From the IMG/VR virus record IMGVR_UViG_3300021426_000063, positions 128,001 through 192,000 of that record: a DNA stretch of 64,000 nucleotides; one strand, 5' to 3'. The notes beneath the pieces are model-generated. The model made no database searches, was not told the origin of the DNA, and saw only the letters and a program-made list of their open reading frames with translations. Within the stretch, counting starts at the first letter, position 1, and each line of letters starts with the position of its first letter. The position numbers were made by a program, and so were the translations under genes. Positions 49,615 to 60,118 of this stretch are shown here, in pieces. This DNA is from a virus (Duplodnaviria; Caudoviricetes).

Positions 49615-52600
49615 ATGGCAAAATATGTAAAGGGTTTAAATGCTGGTTCCTCAACATTGACTGCAACATATTCAGGTAAAACTGCTAGTATTAATATAAC
49701 AGTTAATAAGGGTGCTGGAACTTTAGGTAGTGCTGATGCATTATCTGACCATGAATATCGTACAGGTCCACATACATATACATTAACAGTTACAGGAGCA
49801 TCAGGAAGTGTATCATTTAACACAAGTTCATCATATTTAACTGTTACAAAAGATGGAAGTTCTTATAATAAATCTGGATGGTCAGTTACATCTACTGGAG
49901 GTCTTGCAACTGCTGCTTCAATAAATGCTGGTACATATACAGTTAAGTGTTATGTTACATCTGCTGCAACCACTAATTATAATTCAGTATCTGGATATTT
50001 AACTTGGACATTTAAAATTACAAAAGCCACACCAACCTGTTCAATATCAATACCTGATTATACATATGGTGGAACAAAATCTAATTATAATTTCTCTGCT
50101 AATATGGGTGTTGGAAGTGTTGATGTATATCTTAACTCAACCAATTCAACATCTGGTGGAACATTGTGGGGTAATGCAACATCTACAACATTGAATGCTG
50201 GTACAAGATATATATATGCAATTGTTGGTGCTGGAACAAATACAAATGCAGTTACTGTTGGACCAACTGCTTTTACAATCAGTAAAGCTAGTCAGTCTGC
50301 TCCAACTGCATCAGGTAATTCAAGTACATATTCAACATCTGGTTCAATTAGTGGTAGTGCATCAGGAGGTGGAGGTGTTGGTACACTTTATTATAAGGCA
50401 GATACATCAGGTGGAACAAGTTATGGTACAGCTGCAACATCTGTATCAAGGTCAAGGTCTTCTGTTGGTACAACAACCTTTGTTGCTTACTGGAGTGGTA
50501 ATGATAACTATAATGCATCACCAAATTCAAATCAAGCAAGTCTTGTTATTGGTAAAGCAGATCAGTCTGCTCCAACAGCATATGGAGATACAAAATCATA
50601 TGGTTCAACAGCAACTGCAACAACATCTGGTGGTGGCGGTCAGGGTTCTATTGAATGGTCTAATGGTAGTACAAGAACAGATGTTGGTTCACAGACAACA
50701 AAAGCAAGATGGTCTGGTAACAGTAATTATAATGCATCAGGTTGGTCTAATGAGGTAACACTTAAAATCAACAAAGCAGATCAGTCTGCTCCAACACCAA
50801 AAGGATCATCAAGTACTTATTCATCATCTGGTTCAATTAGTGGTAGTGCATCAGGAGGTGGAGGTCATGGTTCACTTTATTATAAGGTTGATACATCAGG
50901 TGGAACCAGTTATGGTTCTGCAACAACTACTGCACCTTCAAGAAATAGGAACTCTGTTGGTACAACCACTTTTGTTGCTTACTGGGGTGGTGATGGTAAC
51001 TATAATGCATCACCTAATTCAAGTCAGGCAAGTCTTGTTATTGATAGAGCAGGTCAGCCTGCTCCAACTGCAACAGGTTCATCAGTAACATATCCTAATA
51101 CTGCAACTGCATCATATTCAGGTGGTGGAGGTGTTGGTACGCTTACTTGGACAAATGGTAGTTCAAGATCTGCAATTGGTTCACAGACAACAAAGGCATA
51201 TTGGAGTGGTAATGGTAATTATTATGCTTCTGGATATTCTAATGAAGTAACACTTTCTGTATCTAAATATACACCAACCATTTCTTTGTCTGCAACAGAT
51301 AGGATATATAATGGTAATGCCCTTTATGCAACAGCAACAGTATCTGTTCCTTCTGGTGGTAAAACTATGAAAGGTACTATTTATTATGGTACATCTTCTG
51401 GTTCAACATCATATAGTGTATCCTATAGTGGTTCTGCTGTATCATTGAGTTCAGTGAGTGTAACTAACTATAATAGTGGTTCTGGTAATTCAGTAACTGT
51501 ATTTGCTTACTTTGTACCTGACAGTACTTGTAATGATGTATATAATAGTTCAGGCAATGCAAGTAAGACTATGACCATTACTGGTCCTACAAGTCAGTCT
51601 GCTCCAACAGCAACAGGTGCTTCTTCTCAATATGCAACATCTGGTTCAATTAGTGGTAGTGCATCAGGTGGTGGTGGGCATGGTACACTTTATTATAAGG
51701 CAGATACTAATGGAGGAACAAGTTATGGTTCTGCTGCAACATCTGTATCAAGGTCAAAGAGTTCTTTGGGTACAACAACCTTTGTTGCTTACTGGGGTGG
51801 TGATGGTAACTATAATGCATCAGGTAATTCTAACCAGGCAAGTCTTACTGTTGTAAAGGCAGATCAATCTGCTCCAACAGCAACCGGTTCATCAGTAACT
51901 TATCCTAGTACTGCAACTGCTTCTGCATCTGGTGGAGGCGGTCAGGGTTCTATTGAGTGGTATAATGGTAGTTCAAGGTCTGCCATTGGTTCACAGACAA
52001 CAAAGGCAAGATGGTCTGGAAATACATATTATAATGCATCTGGATATTCTATTGAGGTAACTCTTTCAGTTGCAAAATATACACCAACTGTTACATTGTC
52101 TGCAACAGATAGAGCATACAATGGTAATGCTTTATATGCATCAGCAACAGTATCTGTACCATCAGGAGGTAAGACAATGAAAGGTACAATATACTATGGT
52201 ACATCTTCTGGTTCAACATCATATAGTGTATCATATAGTGGTTCTTCTGTATCATTGAGTTCAGTAAGTGTAACTAATGTTGGTTCAGCAACAGTATATG
52301 CTTACTTTGTACCTGACAGTACTTGTAATGATGTATACAATAGTTCAGGTAATGTAAGTAAGACATTTACTGTTAGAAAGGCTGATCAGGATGCTCCAAC
52401 AGCAACTGGTTCATCAGTTACTTATCCTAGTACTGCTACTGCTTCCGCTTCAGGTGGAGGTGGTCAGGGTTCTATTGAATGGTATAATGGTTCATCAAGA
52501 AGTTCTGTTGGTTCACAGACAACAAAAGCAAGATGGTCTGGTAACAGTAATTATAATGCATCAGGTTATTCTAATGAAGTAACTCTTTCAGTTGCTAAAT

Positions 52601-55600
52601 ATACACCTTCTGTAACATTGAGTGTAACTGATAGGAAGTATAATGGAAATGCACTTTATGCAACAGCAACTGTATCAGGTGCATCTGGTGGTGCAACTCC
52701 AAAGGGAACTATTTATTATGGTACAAGTTCAGGTTCAACATCATATAGTGTTTCATATACTGGTTCTTCTGTATTATTGAGTTCAGTGAGTGTAACTAAT
52801 GTTGGTTCAGCAACAGTATATGCTTACTTTACACCAGATTCTACTTGTAGTGGTGTCTATAATAACTCTGGTAGTGCAAGTAAGACATTTACTGTTAGTA
52901 AGGCTGACCAATCTGCTCCAACAGCAACAGGTGCAACAGTTACTTATCCTAGTACTGCTACTGCTACTGCTACAGGTGGTGGTGGTCAAGGTACACTTAC
53001 TTGGACTAATGGAGATACACAAAGTGGTGCTGGTTCAAAAACAACAAAGGCTTACTGGGCTGGTAACAGTAATTATAATGCATCAGGTTATTCTAATGAA
53101 GTAACACTTAAAGTTAACAAGGCTGCTGGTTCTACTGGTGTATCAACATCAGCAATGTCAATTACTTATAGTACAACATCTGCAACAAGAACAGTATCTG
53201 GAAATACAAATACTGTATCTGTTTCTTCAAGTAATGAAAATATTGCTACTGTATCAATTTCTGGTTCAACTATTACAGTAAACAGAATTGGTTATGGTAG
53301 TGCAACCATAACTGCTTCTGTTGATGCTGCTACTAATTATGAGGCAGCAACATCATCATTCACAGTTACTAATTACAAGGCTGCTGGTAGTGTTAAGACT
53401 GCACCAGCCAATAATGGTGCAACATATGGTTCAGGAAGTTATTTGTGTACAACAGGTGCTTCTGATACAGGTACAATGTATTATAGACTTGGTACAAGTG
53501 GAAGTTATAGTACAACAAGACCAACAACAAGTGGACTCAATGTTGGTTCATATACATTGTATTACTATGCTGCTGAATCAACTAATTACTATGCAACAAG
53601 TGCTGCATCTATTACAGTTACAGTTGTACAGGCAAATGGTTCAGTTGCTGGTAATGTTACTGATAGAACATATAATACTTCAGGTCAGACTGTAGGTACA
53701 CTTACATCTGCAACTGGTGATTATTATCTTGGATTTGGTAGTTCAACATCTTCTGGTCCATCATCTTGGGGAACAAAGAATGTTAATACTATTTCTGCAA
53801 CAACAGCAGGAACATATTATGTTTGGGCAAAATGTGATGCTTCTACAAATTATAAAGCTGTTGGTGCGACATACATTGGAAAAGCAATAATAAGTAGGGC
53901 ATCAACCAATGCTCCTGTTCTTGTTGCCGGTGGTACAACAACATATACAGGTTCAACCTATTATGCTACTGCTGCCAATGGTAGTGGTAACCCTTCTGGT
54001 ACAATCAAGTATGGTGCAACATCAGGTGCTTCTACTTACAGTATGACAGCAGGTACTGCTGCTAATATGACAAGTATGGGTAGAAGTGATGTTGGTACAA
54101 CAACCATCTATGCCTTCTTCCAACCAACAGATACAACCAACTATTCTAATTCTGGTGTTGCATCAACAACTGTAACCATTACTAAACCAGCAGGTGGTTC
54201 AGGTAGTGTAACAATGTCAGGTTGGACATATGGTGGAACAGTAACTAACCCTAATCCATCATCAAGTACTAATGGTACAAGTAATGTATCTTACACCTGG
54301 TATGATTCTGGAAAGACAGCTTTGTCATCAAAACCAGGTTCTACTTCAACAGCAGGAACATATTATGTAAAGGCAACCTTTGCTGCCACTACAAACTATA
54401 CAGAATACACAACTGATTATGTATCATTCACAATCAGTAAGGCTACTGGTTCAGGTAGTGTAACAATGTCAGGTTGGACATATGGAGGTACTGTAACAAA
54501 TCCATCACCATCATCAAGTACTAATGGTACAAGTAATGTATCTTACACCTGGTACAATTCAAGTAAGACAGAGTTGTCAAGTAAGCCAGGATCCAACTCA
54601 ACAGCAGGAACATATTATGTAAGGGCAACCTTTGCAGCAACAGCAAACTACAATGCTGTGACAACAGATTATGTATCATTCCCAATCAGCAAGGCAGCAG
54701 GTACTCTTTCAGGTAGTACAACTAATAGTACATATAATGGTTCAGGACAGGTTATTGGTACAATAACATCTACCACAGGTACATACTATCTTGGATTTGG
54801 TAGTTCTGCCACATCTGGTCCATCATCTTGGGGTTCAGCAAATACATCACTTTCAGCAACCAATGCCGGAACATATTATGTATGGGCATACTGTGATGCT
54901 TCAACTAACTATAATGGTGTTGGTTCAAAGTACATTGGTCCAGCAACAATATCACAGAAGTCAGTTACAGTCACAGCAGCATCAGATTCAAAGGTATATA
55001 ATGGTACTGCATTGACAAACAATACTGCATCCATCAGTGGTCAGGTGAGTGGTCATACACTTAACTCTGTAACGGTAACAGGTTCACAGACAAATGTTGG
55101 TTCATCTTCCAATGTACCAAGTGGTGCAAAGATTTATTCTGGTTCAACAGATGTTACAAGTAATTATAGTATTACTTATACAAATGGTACATTGACTGTT
55201 TCAAATGCAACCATCACAGTATCTGCACCTAACCAGAGTTATACATATACTGGTTCAGCACAGGGTAATGCCATTACAGTAACAACTGTTAACAGTCAGA
55301 CAGCAACCATCAAGTATGGTACAACATCTGGTACATACAATTTGACATCAGCACCACAGATAACCAATGTTGCTGAATCAAAGACTATCTACTATAAGGT
55401 AACTGCACCTAACCATGCTGATAAGACAGGTTCTTATACATTGACTATAACCAACAAATCAATCTCTATACCTACTCCAACAAGTGTATCAAAGACCTAT
55501 GACAGGACAGCATACAGTGCAACCTTTGGTGCTGCAACTGGTGCAACAATAACCAAGTGGAGATACTCAACAGATAACTCTACTTGGACAGAGACATCAA

Positions 55601-58600
55601 GTGGTAATCCAACACAGACCAATTATGGTACACTTTATGTCCAGGCATATTATTCTGCAAACACAAACTACACAGGTAGTAATTGGTCTGCATCTGCAAC
55701 CATCTCAATAGCAAAGAGGGAGGTAACCCTTACTTGGGGTACACATACTTGGACATATGATGGTGGTGCAAAGACTGTTACTTGTACTGCTGGTAATGTT
55801 GTTTCAGGTGATACTTGTACTGTTACATTAAGTAATCAGAGTAGGACCGCTGCTGGTTCACAGACAGTTACAGCAACAGGTTTGAGTAATTCAAATTATA
55901 AGTTGCCATCATCTACTACAACAACATTGACTATAAACAAGGCTACATTGACTGTTGTTGAGTCAAGTTATAGTGGAACATATGATGGAAACAACCATTC
56001 AAGTACTGTTAAGGTAACAAATTCAGACTGGACAGGTAAGACCATTGTTTATGGTTCAAGTACATCTTATGGTTCAACTGCAACAACTACTGGTACTTAT
56101 AATACAGCATATGCAGTACATACTGCAAAGGATTACACATCATCAATAACTATCTATTATAAGATTACTGGTGATGACAACTATAATGACTTTGCTGACA
56201 GTGTAACCTTCCAGATTGGTAAGGCAACAGGTACACTTACTGGTAGTACATCAAACAAGATATACAATGCATCATCACAGGTTATTGGTACAATATCTTT
56301 CAATACAGGTACATACTATCTTGGTCTTGGTAGTTCAACTACATCAGGTCCATCATCTTGGGGTTCAGCAAATAGTTCACTTTCTGTAAAGGATGCTGGA
56401 ACATACTATGTATGGGCAAAGTGTGATGGTTCAACCAACTACAATGCTGTATCAGCAAAGTACATTGGTCCAGCAACAGTATCACAGAAATCAGTTACAG
56501 TTACTGCCGGTTCAGCAGAGAAGGTATATAATGGTACTGCATTGACCAGTAGTAATGCAACAGCAACTGGTCTTGCAAGTGAGAATCACCATCTACATTC
56601 TTGGACTTGTACTGGTTCACAGACCTATGTTGGTTCCGGTCCTAACACTGCAAGTAATGCCAAGATTTATGAAGGTACTCATAATGGTACAGAGATTGAT
56701 GTAACATCTAATTACAGTATCTCTTACAGTCAGGGTATATTGTCAGTTACAAAGGCAACACCAGTTGTGACAGTTACGGGTGTAACAGCAGACTACACAG
56801 GTGGTTCATTCTATTCAACTGCAAAGGCCAATGCAATTGGTACATTCTATTGGAAGAAGGGTTCTGCACCTACAACATCATCTTATGATGGTAGTGTTGA
56901 GTTGTCTACATTGAACACAGCAACCAATGCTGCTTTTGTAAAGAACAACTCTGATGACTTTGAGATGTTCTGGTTGTTTGTTCCAAGTGGTACAGCAACC
57001 ATTGCATCAGGTCAGACATACTCTGCCAACTTCAGTTCTACATCAAGTGGTAGTTCAGGTGTCAACCTCATCATTAATCCAAGAGATATATCAAAGGTAT
57101 CTGCATCAGTAGCATCAGTCACATACAATGGTTCACAGCAGACTGCATCAGTAAATGTAACTGATACAGCAACCATCACTTCGAGTGATTATACCATCTC
57201 TGGTAATACTGGAACCAATGCTGGTAATTATTCAATCACCATCACAGGTAAGAATAACTACACAGGTACAAAGACCATCACCTGGACAATAAATAAGAAG
57301 TCTGTCACAGTTACAGCTGGTTCAGCATCAAAGGTATATGATGGTACTCCATTGACAAAGACTGATGGTGTAACCACAACAACACTTGGTACTGGAGACC
57401 ATCTCCACTCATTCAAAGTAACTGGTTCAATCACCAATGTTGGTATTGAAAACAATGTATTGAGTGAGATCAAGATTTACAAGGGTACTCATAATGGTAC
57501 AGAAACAGATGCAACAAGTAACTATACCATCACTTCTGAAAATGGTACATTGATTGTTAACAATGCAACAATCACAGTATCTGCACCTAATCAGGAATAC
57601 ATCTATAACGGTTCAGCCCAGGGTGCTGCTATCTCTGCATCTGCTGTTGGTGGTCAGACAGCAACCATCAAGTATGGTACAACAAATGGTTCTTACACAT
57701 TGACAACAGCACCACAGATAACAACTGTTGCTGAATCAAAGACCATATACTATCAGGTGACTGCACCTAACCACACAACAAAGACAGGTTCATACACTCT
57801 TACTATCAAGAAGTTCACAGTCAATGCAACTGCAACCAATCAGTCAAAGACCTATAATGGTACCGCATTGAATGCTGAAAACACAGGTAGTATAGTTGAG
57901 ACTCTTCCTACTGGACATACCATTACTTATAGTTGTACTGGTTCACAGACCAATGTTGGTTCATCTGCCAAGACTTTGTCATCTGTAACTATCAAGAATG
58001 GTTCAGGTACAGATGTGACTGCAAACTTCACAGTCAATAAGAACAATGGTACATTGACAGTTAATGCAGCAACCATCACAGTATCTGCTCCTAAACAGTC
58101 ATACACATATGATGGTAATAAGCATGGTAATGCTATCACAGTAACAACTGTGAACAGTCAGGAAGCAACCATCAAGTATAGTACATCATCAACAGGTACA
58201 TTCACAACAACTGTTCCACAGATTACTAATGTTGCTGAATCAAAGACTATCTACTATCAGGTGACTGCACCTAACCATATTGACAAGAGTGGTTCATATG
58301 AATTGGAGATAACTGAAAAGTCAATCTCTATTCCAGCACCAACTGCAAAGGAAGAGACTTACACAGGTACAGCATATTCAGCATCCTTTGGTTCTGCTAC
58401 TGGTGCAACCATCACCAAGTATCAGTACTCATCAGATAACTCTACTTGGACTGATTCAAACACCAATCCAACCAGGACTGATGCAGGTACAACTTATGTG
58501 AGGGCATACTACACTGCTGGTACTAACTACAAAGGTAGTGGTTGGTCAACTAGTACAACCATCAAGGTTAACAATGCTACAATGACAGTGTCTGCACCTA

Positions 58601-59742
58601 ACCAGAGTTATATGTATAATGGTTCATCTCAGGGTACTGCAATATCTGCTACAACAGTTAACAGTCAGGCCACAACAATCACCTATGGTACAACATCTGG
58701 TTCATATACATTGTCATCTGCTCCAAAGATAACCAATGTATCAGAATCAAAGACTATCTATTATAAGGTGACTGCACCTAACCATAATGATAAGACAGGT
58801 TCATACACATTGACTATCACCCAGAGGGCAATCACCTTCAAGGCTGATGATCAGTCAAAGGTATATGATGGTACTACATTGTCAGCAGAGAACACTGCAA
58901 CAAGAGTCACATCAACAGGTAATGCTCTTGTTTCCGGACACACTGTTGCATTCACCTGTTCAGGTACACAGACAGTAGTTGGTTCATCTGACAAAACCTT
59001 GTCAACTGTAACCATCTATGATGCATCTACCAATAATGTATCTGCTAACTATGCAATCACAAAGAACAAGGGTACATTGACTGTTACAGCAAGGACTGTT
59101 ACATTCACAGAACCTACATTCAACAGTGATACATTGACATACAACAAGTCATCAAAGACTCTTGCTTCTGGTGCAACCTGTTCTGCCGGTGGAGTTATGT
59201 ATTACTATGCATCAACATCATCAACACCTGCTACATTCTCTACAACCACTTGGAGTACTGATTCAGCAAGTGCAGTTAATGCAGGCACATATAATGTATG
59301 GTATTATTGTTATGTAGTAGATACAGATAACAACACAGGTACAGGTATCAACACAGCAAATAAGATGAGTGGTACAAAGACCATTGGTCAGAGGGAGGTA
59401 ACACTTACCTGGGGTACAAGAACATGGACATATGATGGTTCAGCACACTCAACAACCTGTACTGCTGGTAATCTTGTTTCTGGTGATACTTGTACTGTGA
59501 CATTGACTGGAAACTCAATAACAGAGATTGGTTCACAGACTGTGACAGCATCTTCATTGAGTAATCCAAACTACAAGTTACCAAGCAACAACACAGCAAC
59601 CCTTACCATTGAACCAGGTATGTTTGTTAAGTTGAGTGGTTCTTGGACAGTAGTTAAGAAGATATACAAGAAGATATCAGGTCATTGGACAGAACAGTCA
59701 TTTGACTCATTGAGTACAGATGATTTCTATGTCAAGAGATAA
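49615..59742 (+). CDS. Giant Ser/Thr/Gly-rich Ig-like/MBG-repeat virion fibre (3375 aa)
   Basis: Tens of about 70-115-aa beta-sandwich repeats (KA.QSAPTATG, K.YNGT.LT...GSQT.VGSS.N, NAGTYYV.A, NY....GTLTV); C-terminal FVKLSGSW...KKIYKKISGHW motif; no signal peptide. Confidence 0.85.
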   Translation: MAKYVKGLNAGSSTLTATYSGKTASINITVNKGAGTLGSADALSDHEYRTGPHTYTLTVTGASGSVSFNTSSSYLTVTKDGSSYNKSGWSVTSTGGLATAASINAGTYTVKCYVTSAATTNYNSVSGYLTWTFKITKATPTCSISIPDYTYGGTKSNYNFSANMGVGSVDVYLNSTNSTSGGTLWGNATSTTLNAGTRYIYAIVGAGTNTNAVTVGPTAFTISKASQSAPTASGNSSTYSTSGSISGSASGGGGVGTLYYKADTSGGTSYGTAATSVSRSRSSVGTTTFVAYWSGNDNYNASPNSNQASLVIGKADQSAPTAYGDTKSYGSTATATTSGGGGQGSIEWSNGSTRTDVGSQTTKARWSGNSNYNASGWSNEVTLKINKADQSAPTPKGSSSTYSSSGSISGSASGGGGHGSLYYKVDTSGGTSYGSATTTAPSRNRNSVGTTTFVAYWGGDGNYNASPNSSQASLVIDRAGQPAPTATGSSVTYPNTATASYSGGGGVGTLTWTNGSSRSAIGSQTTKAYWSGNGNYYASGYSNEVTLSVSKYTPTISLSATDRIYNGNALYATATVSVPSGGKTMKGTIYYGTSSGSTSYSVSYSGSAVSLSSVSVTNYNSGSGNSVTVFAYFVPDSTCNDVYNSSGNASKTMTITGPTSQSAPTATGASSQYATSGSISGSASGGGGHGTLYYKADTNGGTSYGSAATSVSRSKSSLGTTTFVAYWGGDGNYNASGNSNQASLTVVKADQSAPTATGSSVTYPSTATASASGGGGQGSIEWYNGSSRSAIGSQTTKARWSGNTYYNASGYSIEVTLSVAKYTPTVTLSATDRAYNGNALYASATVSVPSGGKTMKGTIYYGTSSGSTSYSVSYSGSSVSLSSVSVTNVGSATVYAYFVPDSTCNDVYNSSGNVSKTFTVRKADQDAPTATGSSVTYPSTATASASGGGGQGSIEWYNGSSRSSVGSQTTKARWSGNSNYNASGYSNEVTLSVAKYTPSVTLSVTDRKYNGNALYATATVSGASGGATPKGTIYYGTSSGSTSYSVSYTGSSVLLSSVSVTNVGSATVYAYFTPDSTCSGVYNNSGSASKTFTVSKADQSAPTATGATVTYPSTATATATGGGGQGTLTWTNGDTQSGAGSKTTKAYWAGNSNYNASGYSNEVTLKVNKAAGSTGVSTSAMSITYSTTSATRTVSGNTNTVSVSSSNENIATVSISGSTITVNRIGYGSATITASVDAATNYEAATSSFTVTNYKAAGSVKTAPANNGATYGSGSYLCTTGASDTGTMYYRLGTSGSYSTTRPTTSGLNVGSYTLYYYAAESTNYYATSAASITVTVVQANGSVAGNVTDRTYNTSGQTVGTLTSATGDYYLGFGSSTSSGPSSWGTKNVNTISATTAGTYYVWAKCDASTNYKAVGATYIGKAIISRASTNAPVLVAGGTTTYTGSTYYATAANGSGNPSGTIKYGATSGASTYSMTAGTAANMTSMGRSDVGTTTIYAFFQPTDTTNYSNSGVASTTVTITKPAGGSGSVTMSGWTYGGTVTNPNPSSSTNGTSNVSYTWYDSGKTALSSKPGSTSTAGTYYVKATFAATTNYTEYTTDYVSFTISKATGSGSVTMSGWTYGGTVTNPSPSSSTNGTSNVSYTWYNSSKTELSSKPGSNSTAGTYYVRATFAATANYNAVTTDYVSFPISKAAGTLSGSTTNSTYNGSGQVIGTITSTTGTYYLGFGSSATSGPSSWGSANTSLSATNAGTYYVWAYCDASTNYNGVGSKYIGPATISQKSVTVTAASDSKVYNGTALTNNTASISGQVSGHTLNSVTVTGSQTNVGSSSNVPSGAKIYSGSTDVTSNYSITYTNGTLTVSNATITVSAPNQSYTYTGSAQGNAITVTTVNSQTATIKYGTTSGTYNLTSAPQITNVAESKTIYYKVTAPNHADKTGSYTLTITNKSISIPTPTSVSKTYDRTAYSATFGAATGATITKWRYSTDNSTWTETSSGNPTQTNYGTLYVQAYYSANTNYTGSNWSASATISIAKREVTLTWGTHTWTYDGGAKTVTCTAGNVVSGDTCTVTLSNQSRTAAGSQTVTATGLSNSNYKLPSSTTTTLTINKATLTVVESSYSGTYDGNNHSSTVKVTNSDWTGKTIVYGSSTSYGSTATTTGTYNTAYAVHTAKDYTSSITIYYKITGDDNYNDFADSVTFQIGKATGTLTGSTSNKIYNASSQVIGTISFNTGTYYLGLGSSTTSGPSSWGSANSSLSVKDAGTYYVWAKCDGSTNYNAVSAKYIGPATVSQKSVTVTAGSAEKVYNGTALTSSNATATGLASENHHLHSWTCTGSQTYVGSGPNTASNAKIYEGTHNGTEIDVTSNYSISYSQGILSVTKATPVVTVTGVTADYTGGSFYSTAKANAIGTFYWKKGSAPTTSSYDGSVELSTLNTATNAAFVKNNSDDFEMFWLFVPSGTATIASGQTYSANFSSTSSGSSGVNLIINPRDISKVSASVASVTYNGSQQTASVNVTDTATITSSDYTISGNTGTNAGNYSITITGKNNYTGTKTITWTINKKSVTVTAGSASKVYDGTPLTKTDGVTTTTLGTGDHLHSFKVTGSITNVGIENNVLSEIKIYKGTHNGTETDATSNYTITSENGTLIVNNATITVSAPNQEYIYNGSAQGAAISASAVGGQTATIKYGTTNGSYTLTTAPQITTVAESKTIYYQVTAPNHTTKTGSYTLTIKKFTVNATATNQSKTYNGTALNAENTGSIVETLPTGHTITYSCTGSQTNVGSSAKTLSSVTIKNGSGTDVTANFTVNKNNGTLTVNAATITVSAPKQSYTYDGNKHGNAITVTTVNSQEATIKYSTSSTGTFTTTVPQITNVAESKTIYYQVTAPNHIDKSGSYELEITEKSISIPAPTAKEETYTGTAYSASFGSATGATITKYQYSSDNSTWTDSNTNPTRTDAGTTYVRAYYTAGTNYKGSGWSTSTTIKVNNATMTVSAPNQSYMYNGSSQGTAISATTVNSQATTITYGTTSGSYTLSSAPKITNVSESKTIYYKVTAPNHNDKTGSYTLTITQRAITFKADDQSKVYDGTTLSAENTATRVTSTGNALVSGHTVAFTCSGTQTVVGSSDKTLSTVTIYDASTNNVSANYAITKNKGTLTVTARTVTFTEPTFNSDTLTYNKSSKTLASGATCSAGGVMYYYASTSSTPATFSTTTWSTDSASAVNAGTYNVWYYCYVVDTDNNTGTGINTANKMSGTKTIGQREVTLTWGTRTWTYDGSAHSTTCTAGNLVSGDTCTVTLTGNSITEIGSQTVTASSLSNPNYKLPSNNTATLTIEPGMFVKLSGSWTVVKKIYKKISGHWTEQSFDSLSTDDFYVKR
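50281..53120 (+). repeat. Interleaved near-identical intragenic DNA repeats (three unit types)
   Basis: For example tctggttcaattagtggtagtgcatcagg at about 50338, 50827 and 51640; ggttcaacatcatatagtgt at about 51400, 52210 and 52732; ggtcagggttctattga at about 50638, 51940 and 52461. Confidence 0.85.
54196..54700 (+). repeat. 252-bp tandem duplication in fibre gene
   Basis: ggttcaggtagtgtaacaatgtcaggttggacatatgg at 54196 and 54448. Confidence 0.85.
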
Positions 59743-59765
59743 TTTTGAATTTTCATAAATACATT

Positions 59766-60086
59766 ATGAGTTTTGTAAAATTTAGATACAGAAGAAGTAA
59801 ACCATTAGATCCGGTTCCTGGTTCATTCTATTGGGTTGAACTGGATGATGATGAAACACATCAGATATGGTTTGCCCCGGATACAAACCCTGAACACCTG
59901 ATACTTCTCAATGAGAATGTTGATTTGAGTTCATATGTGAGTGAAGAAGTTCTTGCAGAAGTCCTTGCTGATTATGCCAAGACAACAGACATTCCAGAAA
60001 TAACAGAATTAACAGAATCAGATTATGATAAGATTGCTGAAAAGGTTAATGAAAAAACATTACACCTGACCTGGCAAGAAATATAA
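59766..60086 (+). CDS. Small fibre-associated protein
   Basis: Start re-called at ATG 59766 after CATAAATA (59754-59761); contains VDLSSY and DYAKTTDIP fibre-like motifs. Confidence 0.65.
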   Translation: MSFVKFRYRRSKPLDPVPGSFYWVELDDDETHQIWFAPDTNPEHLILLNENVDLSSYVSEEVLAEVLADYAKTTDIPEITELTESDYDKIAEKVNEKTLHLTWQEI

Positions 60087-60118
60087 TATACAATATAAAA
60101 AACAATAATAAAAAAATT

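Noticed and set aside
49269-49629. Gene-60-like translational bypass from GTA-TAA at the tip gene ends to the GTA codon at 49627 in the fibre
   Set aside because: Gaps are hundreds of nt and contain terminators, a promoter and another ORF. The fusion would also delete one Ig strand, so protein-level complementation fits better.
48000-49700. Shufflon/invertase or DGR explanation for the alternative tip genes
   Set aside because: All genes are on the same strand. No inverted recombination sites, recombinase, reverse transcriptase or adenine-specific TR/VR pair is visible in the window.
50281-53120. CRISPR-like array
   Set aside because: Repeats are long, in frame and protein-coding, with no constant repeat/unique spacer structure. 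No cas genes or tRNAs were recognised in the window.
50195-55015. Alternative-frame ORFs rich in Q/L/V/H inside the fibre gene, and the many antisense ORFs in the track
   Set aside because: Shadows of biased codon usage and repeats; no promoters or recognisable motifs.
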